Below are positions 24,569-35,910 of a stretch of DNA of 64,000 nucleotides, piece after piece (the stretch's first letter is position 1; each line of letters starts with the position of its first letter). The notes under the pieces were generated by a model that saw only the letters and a list, made by a program, of their open reading frames with translations, was not told the origin of the DNA and did not search any database. Source of the DNA: Octopus bimaculoides (lineage: Eukaryota); the NCBI RefSeq assembly GCF_001194135.2, contig NC_069000.1:33599032-33663031 (forward strand), written 5' to 3'. The translations under genes were made by a program, and so were the position numbers.

Positions 24569-24725
24569 AATAATATATTCCTCTATACACGATCATACAA
24601 AACCCCTTTTTTTTGTATTTATTTTTACTCACATATATATATCGCCAGTAAAACATAAATCCGAAAAAGAAGCACACTCTAAGTTATAGAGCAGTATATT
24701 ATAAAGATAAAGATACATAAGACCG

Positions 24726-24794
24726 GTTTATGAGATTACCGTGTTTCACGTCCATAAAGCGCTTAGCTTTACGGCGTATCATCAAATACCAAAC
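24726..24794 (-). ncRNA. Decayed type I hammerhead-like motif
   Basis: Minus RNA GUUUGGUAU-UUGAUGA-U-ACG-CCGUAAAGC-UAAGC-GCUUUAUGG-A-CGU-GAAA-CACGG-UA-AUCUCAUAAAC. Long stem II is intact, C3 has become U, stems I and III are imperfect. Confidence 0.45.
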
Positions 24795-26419
24795 TTGTTG
24801 GCTTATGGTCTCTGTAGCGAGCGGCCTTTCTAGAAAATCGAGGAAAGGACCTTACTACTCAATGTCAACAACAGGAGATTGTCTCCTTTTGACAATCGAT
24901 CATAAGTGACCCTATAATCTGTTATTTTTGTATTTTAATGCAAAGCGGTCCGAAATTGTTGATACCAGGGTTACTGGTCATTGGAAAACGTTATCATGCT
25001 ATCATTGTTCAAAAGATGAACTTATTTATTTTAATAGAACTTAATACAAAACTAAACAAAAATATAAATCAAGATTCATAAATATTTCTCGAAAATTTAT
25101 TGGTACGTTAGTTTTTTGTTTTATTTCTTTTCATATGTTACGTTTTAAAAAAATACGAATTATCATCTATCTAGCGAACAATCTGTCTTTCCTTTTTTAA
25201 CTCTTTTCTCTTTGTTTGTTTCTCGATTTCATTTTCTTTTTGTCTTTATTTCTTCCACTCTTACTTTGTTTCATCCTCTTCTCTTCTTCCTTTACTTCCA
25301 ATCCTCTTTCCCTATTTCTCCTTTTTAGTTTCTTTTCCCTTCTCTCTTTATTTCCCGCTTTCTGTTTCTTTTCTCTCTCCTTTCCTTTCCTCCCCAAACA
25401 CATATAACGTACATTCCTTCGCTTCCACCATTTCAGAAAGATATGTGAATGATTAATATCTCACAGCTATTTCCAAGAAACCAGCAACTATCACTTTCAT
25501 AAAAGCAATTAATATTATTGGGCATGGCACTCTGCATTGAGTTGAAGCTGTACCATCGTAACATAACGCGCACTTCAGCAGCATAAACCTGACGGAGTCG
25601 ATCTCTTTCCAGCTTCGAACATTGTCGATTTCTTCCAAAGGAAAGAGATAGTCGGCGGCGGAGAGCGAGAAAAGAAGTATCAATCCCAGTACTGGACCGC
25701 TGCTCTATTTATTGGATTTTAAAGGACGAAAGGCCAATTTTTCCCTCCACCGAATCAGAAATCAGAACGCAAGGGAGTCGGAACGAATACTGCAAGACAC
25801 TCTGACAGACTTTTTAATGATTCTGCCTATTTATTACCTTTATATATCTGCCCTCTACAACTCTTCCTTTCCTAGCCAGTTCTTTTTCAACCAGCCGCCG
25901 TCTAAGCCGGTCACGTTTGTCTGTTCTCCTGCTCAGTCTGTCAAGATTTTCCATTTCTCCTTGGCGCCAACCTATTGCATTCGTCTAGTAGTCGAAAGAC
26001 CCTTCTGTTATTTATTCATGTAATAAATGTATGATTATTTTCCCTTTGTAGTATAGCCGAATGGCATTTTTCTGTTGTATATGTATAATTCTTTTTCTGT
26101 TGCACTTGTATTATTTCAACACGTATTGTATACACATTTTTCTTTTTTAGCTTCCTTGTTCTTGTATACATTGGTTCGCTTTTCCCAAAAGCTTAATGCT
26201 TTGGCGCTTGTCGGAATCGAGCAGTCTCAATGTTAAAAAGTGAAAAACTGCTTGGACATTCTGGACATTGACTGAGGAGGAAATCGGCTGCGAATGTCCC
26301 ATGTTTCTTCTTTTTGTCCAGTTTCCCGTTTATGTTATCTATTTTTCCGTATGCTGTGTTATTTTTTTTTTGTTAGTTCTCCGCTTGCTGTGCGACCCCT
26401 GATTATATATATATATATA

Positions 26420-26819
26420 TTAGTGACAGAGGCAGTATTAATACCGAGAGGTAATAATTATCCCCATTTAAACGTGGGTATTCTAGTAGAACAAAATTTA
26501 CTTCGGTAGATATTATGAGAGAAACTCTCATATAGGCTTTTGGGGCAAACTGCACTCTTGTTTATATTGTTGGCGGGGATTTATCTCCCCGCCATATCCG
26601 GCGCCGAGACTATCAGATCGTGCGATTTCGACCTTCGTTGGTCTCGTCAGTGATGACGCTCGACTACTAGAGATAACAGCGACTCATCTCTCAGGCAGCG
26701 ATATATAGAAGATGAGTGACAGGACAGACACCAATGTCGTGATTAGCCGGTGAGTTTGTTAAAAAATACGTATTAGCAACAGAGACAGTATTAATACCGA
26801 GAGGTAATATTTATCCCCA
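26420..26819 (-). mobile_element. Non-LTR retrozyme-like insertion: 353-nt unit with 47-bp terminal redundancy and one HHR
   Basis: 26420-26466 and 26773-26819 are direct repeats (4 mismatches in 47) spaced 353 nt. No ORF. Internal hairpins TGGCGGGGA/TCCCCGCCA (26571-26594) and TATGAGAG/CTCTCATA. Left flank is (TA)n. Confidence 0.7.
26605..26662 (-). ncRNA. Canonical type I hammerhead ribozyme
   Basis: Minus RNA CGAG-CGUC-AUCA-CUGACGA-GACC-AACGAA-GGUC-GAAA-UCG-CA-CGA-UC|UGAU-AGU-CUCG. Intact CUGANGA and GAAA, G10.1-C11.1 pair, stem I with internal loop, AUC triplet. Predicted cut between 26616 and 26615. Confidence 0.88.
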
Positions 26820-26824
26820 CTGAT

Positions 26825-27615
26825 TATCCCTAGCAAACAGGCAAGTTTAAGGTCTGGATTTACCAGTATGGCATCCTTCCACGATTCTTTGGCTACTCTT
26901 GATATATGAGGTCCCAATATTCACAGTAGAGGGTTTTGAAAAGAGTTAAGAAGCTCCTGCAAAATTGGCTAGTATTTTGTTCGTGTCTGAAAAACATTGT
27001 TTTATATGAACGAAATATGTTGAAGCTCTTCATCAGCTGCCTGAAAGAAAAATTAACGGTGACCTGTGCTGAGGAAGTGTTACAATATCATGGCTCATGC
27101 AACCCTAAAATCTCTTAAGCTGGTAATGCAGTTAGCACAGATTGAAAGTGGAGAGTAGTGGAGGCTGTCGAGGTTGCAAAGACAAAGCTAAGATACAGTG
27201 CTTGTATCTCAGGGCTAGCTTGGGTAGTACCAAATCTTGCTTTGATACAGTGCAAGATAAGGACAGGAGGCTACTGATCTGGAATGAGGTGGGAGAATTA
27301 GTTGAATAGAAATGAGCCGACAAGTGTGTTGGGATACACCAGTAAGGAGCCTGGATAAAAAGTGAGCAAGTAGTAGCATGTAAAGTCTAATGGCTTGACC
27401 CTTGGAGAGTGGAGCCCCACCAAATAAAATTTCTAATTCAAGCAGCTTATGAAGTTCTACCACATCAATCCAACTGTTTTTGCCGAAGAAAGTCAGAGTT
27501 ACAAGCTTGTCTCTGTACTGAGAACATGGATCCTGTAGCACACCTTTAAAGCTCTGAGAGAAGAGTACTGCTACTTGAAAGTATGACCAGTTCCTGAAGG
27601 TCATAGCAAATAGTT
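26825..27615 (+). mobile_element. RLE-type (R2/NeSL-like) non-LTR retrotransposon remnant, RT C-terminus to zinc-knuckle region
   Basis: GKFKVWIYQYGILPR..LLLIYEVPIFTVEGFE..KKLLQNWL...EEVLQYH...WRVVEAVEVAKTKLR...WRVEPHQIKFLIQAAYEVLP, with many lesions. Confidence 0.75.
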
Positions 27616-27619
27616 GTGA

Positions 27620-27830
27620 CATTGGCAGAATCATTAGCATGCTGGGTGAAATGCTTAGTAGTATTTTGTCTGTCTTTACATTCTGAGTTCAAATTCCGCC
27701 AAAGTCAATATTGTCTTTTATCCTTTCGGGGTTGATAAATTAAGTACCAGTTGCATACTGGGGATCGATCTAATCGACTGGCCACCCCCTCCCAAAATTT
27801 CAGGCCTTGCGCCTATAGTAGAAAGGATGT
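27620..27830 (+). mobile_element. SINE family A copy
   Basis: Close match to the 638-852 copy. Confidence 0.85.
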
Positions 27831-27834
27831 ATCA

Positions 27835-28320
27835 TTTACATCCAGGGCTGATGTCTCCTAACTCACAATTCCCTCATGGCAGCCTCTCCTTCATAGTCAA
27901 CTTGATAATGGCTTTCTGTTTACTGGCACCTGTGATACCCAACATGTTGTAAGCTCTCCATAGAGACTAGCCTGCAAATCCCCCACATCCCAACTCAATA
28001 CAATTGCACTATGCTTGCCATGCATTACTTTCGTATAGCTCTGCTAACACAGCATATTGCTTTCTTCTCTCGTTTACCTCTTCAATGCAGTCCTTCCAGG
28101 GAACGGAGACTTGTAACAGAACCACCCGTTTGGATTCTTCTGAAATCAGTACCATGTCTAGCTTTAGTGATGTTGAGGTAGCAATTTATGGGAGCTTTCA
28201 ACTTTCTATCATTTACTGTTACAAGTAAGGGGTGAATCTGGCTGCTGGCATCTTCTTCACACCAGCCTTGACTAAAACAGTGATCTTTTTTGTAAGGTGG
28301 AGGCTCTTGCAATGGCTAAC
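27835..28320 (-). mobile_element. RLE endonuclease domain of the same LINE type, in opposite orientation
   Basis: Minus strand ITVLVKAG...RHGTDF/DMVLISEESKRVVLLQVSVPWKDCIEEVNERRKQYAVL...CIELGCGGFAG; matches the PD...ELTVPW...K..Y...EVGCRGF signature. Confidence 0.75.
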
Positions 28321-29948
28321 CCTATTGTCTCGAGGGAGTGCTACTAAATGTGATGCTAATTGGACTGTTGTGTTGATGCCCCCAAGCAAAGAAGTAGGAT
28401 CACCCAAGACATATAAATGAAGGTAGTCTGGCCGTGGTAGGGGTTGACTGACTGTTGAGTAGCAGTCGTGTAGCGGTTGAGTAGAGATCATCCAAAGGTG
28501 CTAGATAGCAGTAGCTTGAGACATAACATGGACAAATGCTAGAGCTTGATCCTGCTCTAGCCGGGTCTCCTGAGTGAAGGTATCTGATGTTGAAAGACGC
28601 CGAGAAACATTACAGTTAATGTGTCCACAACAAACAAATAAATAAATAAAGCATTTTGTTAAATGCACTACCATTTCCAGTACACCATCATCCTATAAAC
28701 AAAGTACCCAAATATAGTCACTACTTCAACCTCCAACTCTCTACCCCCATCTCCCATCAAAATCATATTTTAAAAAAGAAAATAAGACAACACTTTGTAA
28801 AACACATTCAAGATTCTTTACTTGACAGATTTACCAGGATGATACAAAAATGTGAATATATTGATGTATTTGTTTGTATTTTATTTCATAGGTTGTTAAT
28901 TATTTAATTGTATGTGATTTTAGAACTCAGTAATAACTACAGCAATATTTATCTATAGATTGTAAATTAGTTTTAGCTGAAAGTATTTAAATTTGTAATT
29001 TGTTAATTTATGACTATTTAAATATTAATTAATTGCTTTATAATAGCAATAAATTAATACTTAATTAAACAATAATCATTAACAATTATTTAGCTGGTAA
29101 TTAATTAAATTAACACATTATATATTAATTAGTAATTAATTACTTATTGATTTATCATTTTTAGGCTATGATTAATTAATTAGTTAATCCTTAACTGAGG
29201 AAATATATTTGCTCATTTTTTGCTATTTTAAAAATTTTGTAGCAAATACCATTTAATTAATTAATTACATATCAATTTTTGATTAGTAAATTTATCATTA
29301 AGATGGATTAACGAAAAGTTATTTTTTTAATATTATTCCTATGATTAATTAATGTCATATTAATGATATCTAACATAGGCAGGCACAAGAACATAAATTT
29401 TATGGGAAGATGATTTCAGTTCAGTAACTATCTCATCGACCCTCTTTCCTTGCTCTTTCACTCACAAGGGTGAAAGACAAAGTCAAGGCAAGCTTGGTAG
29501 ATTTTGAACTATAAAACATTAAGGGATGTTATTAATTAGAGAAATGCATCTTGCCAGCACTCAACTGATTCTAGCATCTACCAGCCTTCAATACTTAATA
29601 ACTAGTATTGCATAATTAACTTTGTATTGAATTTTTAATCAAGCCTTCTTATTATCTTCCAAAATTTTTCATCCACTTGTTAACTGATAATTATTTATTC
29701 ACATAATTATTGTAATTAATTTCTTAACATCCCTATATATATATATATTTGTATACATATGTATATATATATATGTATATGAACTTTTAATTTGACTTCA
29801 TGTAATTTACTTTTTAATTTTTGTCCTTGTAGCCATTTTCTTTTTTTATATTTTTTTGTTCTGTGATTATTTTATGCTGGTGGCCATTTCTTCTTGTGGT
29901 TATTCCTTGCTGTGGCCATTTCTTGTAGTGGTCAAGGCAGCAAGCACT

Positions 29949-30176
29949 TCATCCGCAGGGTGATTTCATAGCAACCATGTTTTCAGCAAAGGTCAATGGA
30001 AATTGAACCACTTTCAGCAATGCATCACACACACCTTTTATAGGTTCCAAGCAGACTCCGAATGGTAAGAGAAAGATGTACAGAAATGCAATCATAAATC
30101 CCAATGGCCAACCAACAAATATGAGCAGAAGAAACCAGACAATAGCCCAAAGAAGTCCAGGACAAATTTCTGCCAT
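29949..30176 (-). CDS. Uncharacterised 75-aa small membrane protein (two predicted hydrophobic helices), single coding exon
   Basis: Complete ORF MAEICPGLLWAIVWFLLLIFVGWPLGFMIAFLYIFLLPFGVCLEPIKGVCDALLKVVQFPLTFAENMVAMKSPCG in a non-repetitive island. Start context AAAACATGG, upstream acceptor, AATAAA at 29694-29699 (minus). Resembles an unnamed invertebrate family I recall (W..P...Y..L.PF..C...LK.VQ.P...A.NM); not verified by search. Confidence 0.8.
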   Translation of the reverse strand: MAEICPGLLWAIVWFLLLIFVGWPLGFMIAFLYIFLLPFGVCLEPIKGVCDALLKVVQFPLTFAENMVAMKSPCG

Positions 30177-30279
30177 GTTTTATAATGCCCGAATCTCTCC
30201 AAAGGTAAATTCAAAGTTTATTTTTCTTTCTCTTTTAACAGATTCCGATCTGAATTGAAGCAGGTGCAAAATAGACAAT

Positions 30280-30305
30280 CTACAAAAAGAAAAGAAAAAA
30301 AAACA
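30280..30305 (-). promoter_or_regulatory. Splice acceptor opening the coding exon (exon starts at 30279, 103-nt 5' UTR part)
   Basis: Minus strand TTTTTTTTTCTTTTCTTTTTGTAG; implies at least one upstream non-coding exon at higher coordinates. Confidence 0.65.
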
Positions 30306-30823
30306 ATTATCATTATCATCAGTAACAGTAGTTGTAATAGTAGTAGACATAGTAGTACAGCAGTAGGAGTAACATCATCATTATTATCGTTAGGATAGTA
30401 GACTGGTGATAATTGTTAGAGTGTTGGACAAATGTCTTGCAATTTTATTCCAGCTCCTTTTACATTCTGAGTTCAAATCTCAACCTCTCAACCAAGAAAG
30501 CCAAGATGTCTGTGAAGAAGGCAAAGTCTAAAAAAGGCCCCAAGTAACAATGGTATCTTGTACCAGAGTTACAAACACTACCTTGACTTCCTCACACTAT
30601 TGGCAAATCTATTGCAGTGAGCACAGGAAAAAGGAATTACAATACAAGACTAGTGCTTTCTAGAAGACCTGAAGGTACCAAATGAAGTGAGGACATCATC
30701 AATTAACTGGCTCCACCCAATGTAATGATAAAGGAGATGGAAGAAGGTGTGGAAACGGTTTTCATGTGATTTGTGGAAATGCGTATAGTGGTGCATTAAA
30801 ATATTTATAAATTCCATCCCTAG

Positions 30824-30861
<38 letters not shown>

Positions 30862-31824
30862 ATTCATACTACATTGTATCAGCACAACTCGGTACAACCC
30901 CATAAAACTGCTATTGCAAGTTGGTATCATTAAACTGTAGCTGACATAACAAAATAGGAGCTTTTATATGCCTCCCACTCAAAAACGTTTCCTTTAAACA
31001 AACTTAAAGGATGTGTGTGTGTGTGTGTGTGCGTGTGTGTGTGCGTGTGTGTGTGTCTGTGCTTGTTTGTCCCCCACCACCACTTTGTTTACATCCCCTG
31101 AGCTTAGTAGTTTAGCAAAAGAATCTGACAGAATAAGTATCAGGCTTTAGAAAACAAAAGTAAAGGGGTCGATTCATTTGACTAAAAGTTCTTCAAGATG
31201 GCCACAGTCTAATGACTGATACAAGTAAAAGATAAAAAGTATTCATATATGCATGCACACACAAGTTAGAAAGTTACCTAATGCTACAGGTACAGTGGCC
31301 ATCTTTATTGCATATATTAGCAGAAAGACCACCCTCTGGGCAGTTTTCTGTTAGCCACTTGATATATTTTCACATTTGATTCCTAATTCTAATAATTGTT
31401 ATGATATTGTACATCATATTATTTCTTTGTTTAATATTGCTTTCATCATTTTATCATAGTCATAATTTCTCTTTTTTAAACAAACATCAAGGTAGCCCAA
31501 CTACGTTTAGTGCACAAAAAAATAGAAGCAATCACATCGAGATATTCTAATACCTATAGTGTATCAAATAGCCATAGCAACAAATTCACTTGATAATTCT
31601 TAGATAATGGTGGAAAGGAAATAAGTCACATAAATTTGAGCATCACCTTTAGTCAAGCAAATCAACCCCAGGACTTATTCTTTGTAAGCCTAGTATTTAT
31701 TCTATAAGTCTCTTTTGCCAAACCGCAAAGTTACTGAGATGTAAACACACCAGCATCAGTTGTCAAGCGATAGCAGGGGGACAAACACAGACACAAAAAT
31801 ACATATATATATATATATATATAT

Positions 31825-31887
<63 letters not shown>

Positions 31888-31914
31888 TGTAGTCAGAGTA
31901 TGCGACAGAATACT

Positions 31915-32860
31915 TGAGATTAGATTAGTGCTTCATCATGGGTTAGCAACCATTATCTCGGCCTATGCCCCTCAGCCGGGGCTACCTGATGGACAGAAAG
32001 ACCGATTTTATGACACCCTCATGCAGACTACCTCGTTGATGAATGACAGGGACCTTCTCTTTGTGGCTGGTGAATTCAATGGACATGTTGAACAACATGC
32101 AGGGGGCTTCCATGGTGTATATGGAGGCTATGGTTTTGGTTCCCGCAATGAGGAGGGAACCAGGCTGCTGGAGTTCTGCAATGCAAATGATCTTATGGTT
32201 TGCAATACTAACTTCAGTAAACCTGCCAGTCACTTAGTCACCTACCGTTCTGGCAGACACACTAGCCAAATTGACTACACCCTCACCAGAAAAAGAGAAA
32301 GATGGCTGTTTATAAATTCCAAAACCTTCCCAGGTGAAGAATGTAGCTGATAGCTTCCATTACCTAGGTGACCAAGTCAGTAGCAGGGGTGGGTGCTCTG
32401 AAAGTGTAGCTGCTAGAATAAGAATAGCCTAGGCAAAGTTCAGAGAGCTCTTACCTCTGCTGATGACAAAAGGGCCTCTCGCTCAGGGTAAAAGTTAGAC
32501 TGTATGACGCTTGTGTATGAACAGCCATGCTACATGGCAGTGAAATATGGGCAGTGACTGCTGAGGACATGCATAAGCTTGCAAAGGATGAAGCCAGTAT
32601 GCTCCACTGGATGTGTAATGTCAGTGTGCATACTAGACAGAGTGTAAGTACCTTGAGAGAAAAGTTAGACCTAAGAAGCATCAGATGTGGTGTGCAAGAG
32701 AGATGACAGCACAGGTATGGTCATGTTGTGAGAATGGATGAGGATAGCTGTGTGAAAAAGTGCCACACCCTAGCGGTTGAGGGAACCTGTAGAAGAAGTA
32801 GACCCAGGAAGACCTGGGATGAAGTAGTGAAGCACGACCTTCGAACTTTAGGCCTCACCT
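31915..32860 (+). mobile_element. RTE-clade LINE with APE endonuclease fused directly to the RT C-terminus (large internal deletion)
   Basis: TIISAYAPQ...VAGEFNGHV...GFGSRNEEGTRLL...SQIDY...KTFPGEEC, then at ~32345 DSFHYLGDQVS...AKFRELLPLL...LHGSEIW...YGHVVRMDEDSCVK...RPRKTW. Followed by a SINE-like tail to ~33345. Confidence 0.9.
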
Positions 32861-33829
32861 GAAATCGAAATCGAAATCAAATTCAATGACAGCACCACAT
32901 GACTGGCATCCATGCTAGTGGAGCGCTATGAGCACCATCCGAGGGTGGCCATTGCCAGGGCTGCTGACTGGCTCCCGTGCTGGTGGCACATAAAAAGCAC
33001 CATTCAAGCGTGATCATTACCTTACTGGCACATGTAAAACAATATTCGAGCGATGTCGTTGCCACTGCCGCGGGACTGGCTACTGTGCAGGTGGCATGTA
33101 AAAAAACCATTTGAGCATGGCCATTGCCAGTACCGCCTGACTGGCCCTCATACCAGTGGCACATAAAAGCACCCATTACACTCTCGGAGTGGTTCATGTT
33201 AGGAAGGGTATCCAGCTGTAGAAACTCTGCCAGATCAGATTGGAGCCTGGTGCAGCCATCTGGCTCGCCAGTCCTCAGTCAAATTGTCTAACCCATGCCA
33301 GCATGGAAAGCGGAGGTTAAACGATGATGATGATGATGATGATATATATACAATGAGCTTCTTTCAGTTTCCGTCTACCGAATCCACTTGCAAGGCTTTG
33401 GTCAGCTTGAGGCTATAGCAGAAGACACTTGCCCAAGGTTCCACACAGTGGGACCAAACACAGAACCATGAACTTGGGATGCAAGCTTCTTACCCACAGC
33501 CACTCCTGTGCCTATATAAATTTAGTTTTGTTTATTCACTGATTTACATTTCAAAGTCTATTATCATTATTTATACTATTCTGAATACAGCTAATAAACA
33601 GTATATATAATATTACATTTAAACAATTTTTTTTTTTAAAGTTAATACATAAACAGGAGACAGATGCTAAAAAAATTTTTTAAACTGCACTTATTCACCT
33701 AACACCCCCCACCCCTACAACCTCCTTTCTCTTCAGTACCTATATAAAATTTTCTTTTCCTTTCACCAACCAAGGAGGCAGCATGATCCACTTTGAAAAG
33801 CACTGCTTTAGATGATACCAAGAGGTGGT

Positions 33830-34600
33830 ATTGAGACTGAAGTCATGTTGAGAAAAGTACTGACTGCCCTTGGAACATAGCCTTTTACTAAGGCTTACAT
33901 GACCACTCCAAATGCATGAAGTATCATTCACAAGAGTGGATAGAATAGAAAAATGTGCTAGTAAGGTTCTACAAAAGTGGTTTGGTCTTCCATTCTTTTA
34001 TAAGAATTGGATTAAAGGTAGATGCATTTTGCTACTGCAAAACTACATGTCTTTAACATCACCAGTGAAGGAGTTTGAATTAGCAAAAGCCTGCTAGCAC
34101 ATGATGCTATGGGGTTCAGTGAATATCAGTGTTCAAGAAGTCCAGCCAATAGTGCTGACAGGAATAAAATGGAGCATGAGGAAAACTGTTGAGGTCAAAA
34201 CCAGCTTAAAGATCAAAGAGGGTGTGCGTTCAGAATTCACAAGCAACCCTGAGAAAGATATGGAACAAATGAATATGTCACCAGAGTAACAAAGGCAGGC
34301 AAGATATTAAAGATAAGTGTGTATGATTAAAACTGCATGGTTAGAAAGTACATGTACATAGGGAACATCTGAGTAATGGAACTTGTCATGTGGTATGTTG
34401 CAGAAAATGGAGCTAGTTAAGATTAATTTCTCCTGAGAGAGGTTGAACTGAGACTTGATCGTCATTAGTGCAGAGCCTAAGCACCACTGGCAAATGTTCC
34501 AGAAGCATGCATGTTATCCCACTACACAGTATATCTGGCAGAATAACAATGCCTTGAGTATGCTTGTTGATGCCTTAAAACAACAATGCAATGTGGATCA
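33830..34600 (+). mobile_element. Highly decayed RLE-type LINE remnant
   Basis: PLQMHEVSFTRVDRIEKCASKVLQKWFGLP...SPVKEFELAKA..MML...TGIKWSMRKTVE...QYIWQNNNAL; homologous region to 26825-27615. Confidence 0.6.
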
Positions 34601-35008
34601 ACATCAAGTTGCACCCTGTTGCCTTCCAGAGGAAGAGCAAAAGGGAATAATGCAAGGGTATAAACAAAGGAACATCATGAGTAAAATTTCTGATCAGCAC
34701 TAATAACTAGAAGGTGCAGATGAATTTAAATAAAGTGTTTGTGTTCCCAAAATTTATTGCAATAATGAAGCAGCACCTTGACCTTATGGTGTTGTCTAAC
34801 TTGACAAAAAAAGTACTATTGTTGAGCGGATAGTGACTTCAGAAAGCAATATGGGGTGGATACATGAGAGGAGGGTTTAAAATATGAAAGATTTAGGAAA
34901 CTGTGTAAGGCACAATGGCAGGGCTTCGAGGACCCTACCTGGTTGGCATTGGTCTTAGGAAGGATAGCAGAGCAGTGATGCATGATCTGGAGGAAGAAAT
35001 TGAAAATG

Positions 35009-35910
35009 CTTCATTGGGATATATCAGAAGCATACGAGAGAAAGAGGAAAGATGAGAAAGAAAAACAAATCCTCAGTAAATAGTAAAACAAAATAGTTAC
35101 CGTGGTTACAACTGCACCCAGGTTGGTGTGATTGTTACATAGATAAAAGAGGAAAAGAGCACTTTACATCATCATCATCATCATCATAATCTTATGTCTA
35201 CTTTCTATACTATCACAGGTTGGAGAGATTGTTAGAGTCCAAGTCAGTTCTTATTTGGAATTCCTGCTCTCAGACGGATTAGCAACAATCTAGTTTTGTT
35301 GCTCCTCATGATGCCAACCACTATACTGTGTGTACTGGGTGTACATTTTAATGCGGTACCATTACCAGAGAGGCTGCCTTGTTCTCAACAAAACTAAAGT
35401 GTACTCATTACTCTATATTCTCTCTTCTCATTCAATACAACATAACTGACAGAATGAATAGAAGAGACAGTTATGTTGTATTGAATGAGAAGAGACAATA
35501 TAGAGTAGTGTGTACACTTTAGTCTTGTTGAGAACAAGGCAGCCTCTCTGGTAATGGTACCGCATTAAAATGTACACCCAGTACACACAGTATAGTGGTT
35601 GGCATCATGAGGAGCAACAAAACTAGATTGTTGCTAATCCGTCTATGAGAGCAGGAATTCCAAATAAGAACTGACTTGGACTCTAACAATCTCTCCAACC
35701 TGTGATAGTATAGAAAGTAGACATAAGATTATGATGATGATGATGATGATGTAATGTGCTTTTTTCCTCTTTTATCCATGTAGCAATCACACCAACCTGG
35801 GTGCAGTTGTAACCACGGTAACTATTTTGTTTTACTATTTGCTGAGGATTTGTTTTTCTCTCTCATCTTTCCTCTTTCTCTCATATGCCTCTGACATGTC
35901 CCTGATGAAG
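35009..35910. repeat. Long palindrome: ~440-bp inverted arms, 19-nt spacer
   Basis: 35009-35448 is the reverse complement of 35468-35910. By manual alignment about 15 substitutions and one 2-nt indel. Confidence 0.97.

Noticed and set aside
19586-26819. Repeat-spacer-like arrangements considered as CRISPR or prokaryotic contamination
   Set aside because: Eukaryotic context, no regular short repeat with unique spacers and no cas-like ORFs.
28575-28615. CTGATGTTGAAAGACGCCGAGAAAC in the LINE 3' end
   Set aside because: Core lacks G8-A9 and the stems do not close; cannot support a ribozyme call.
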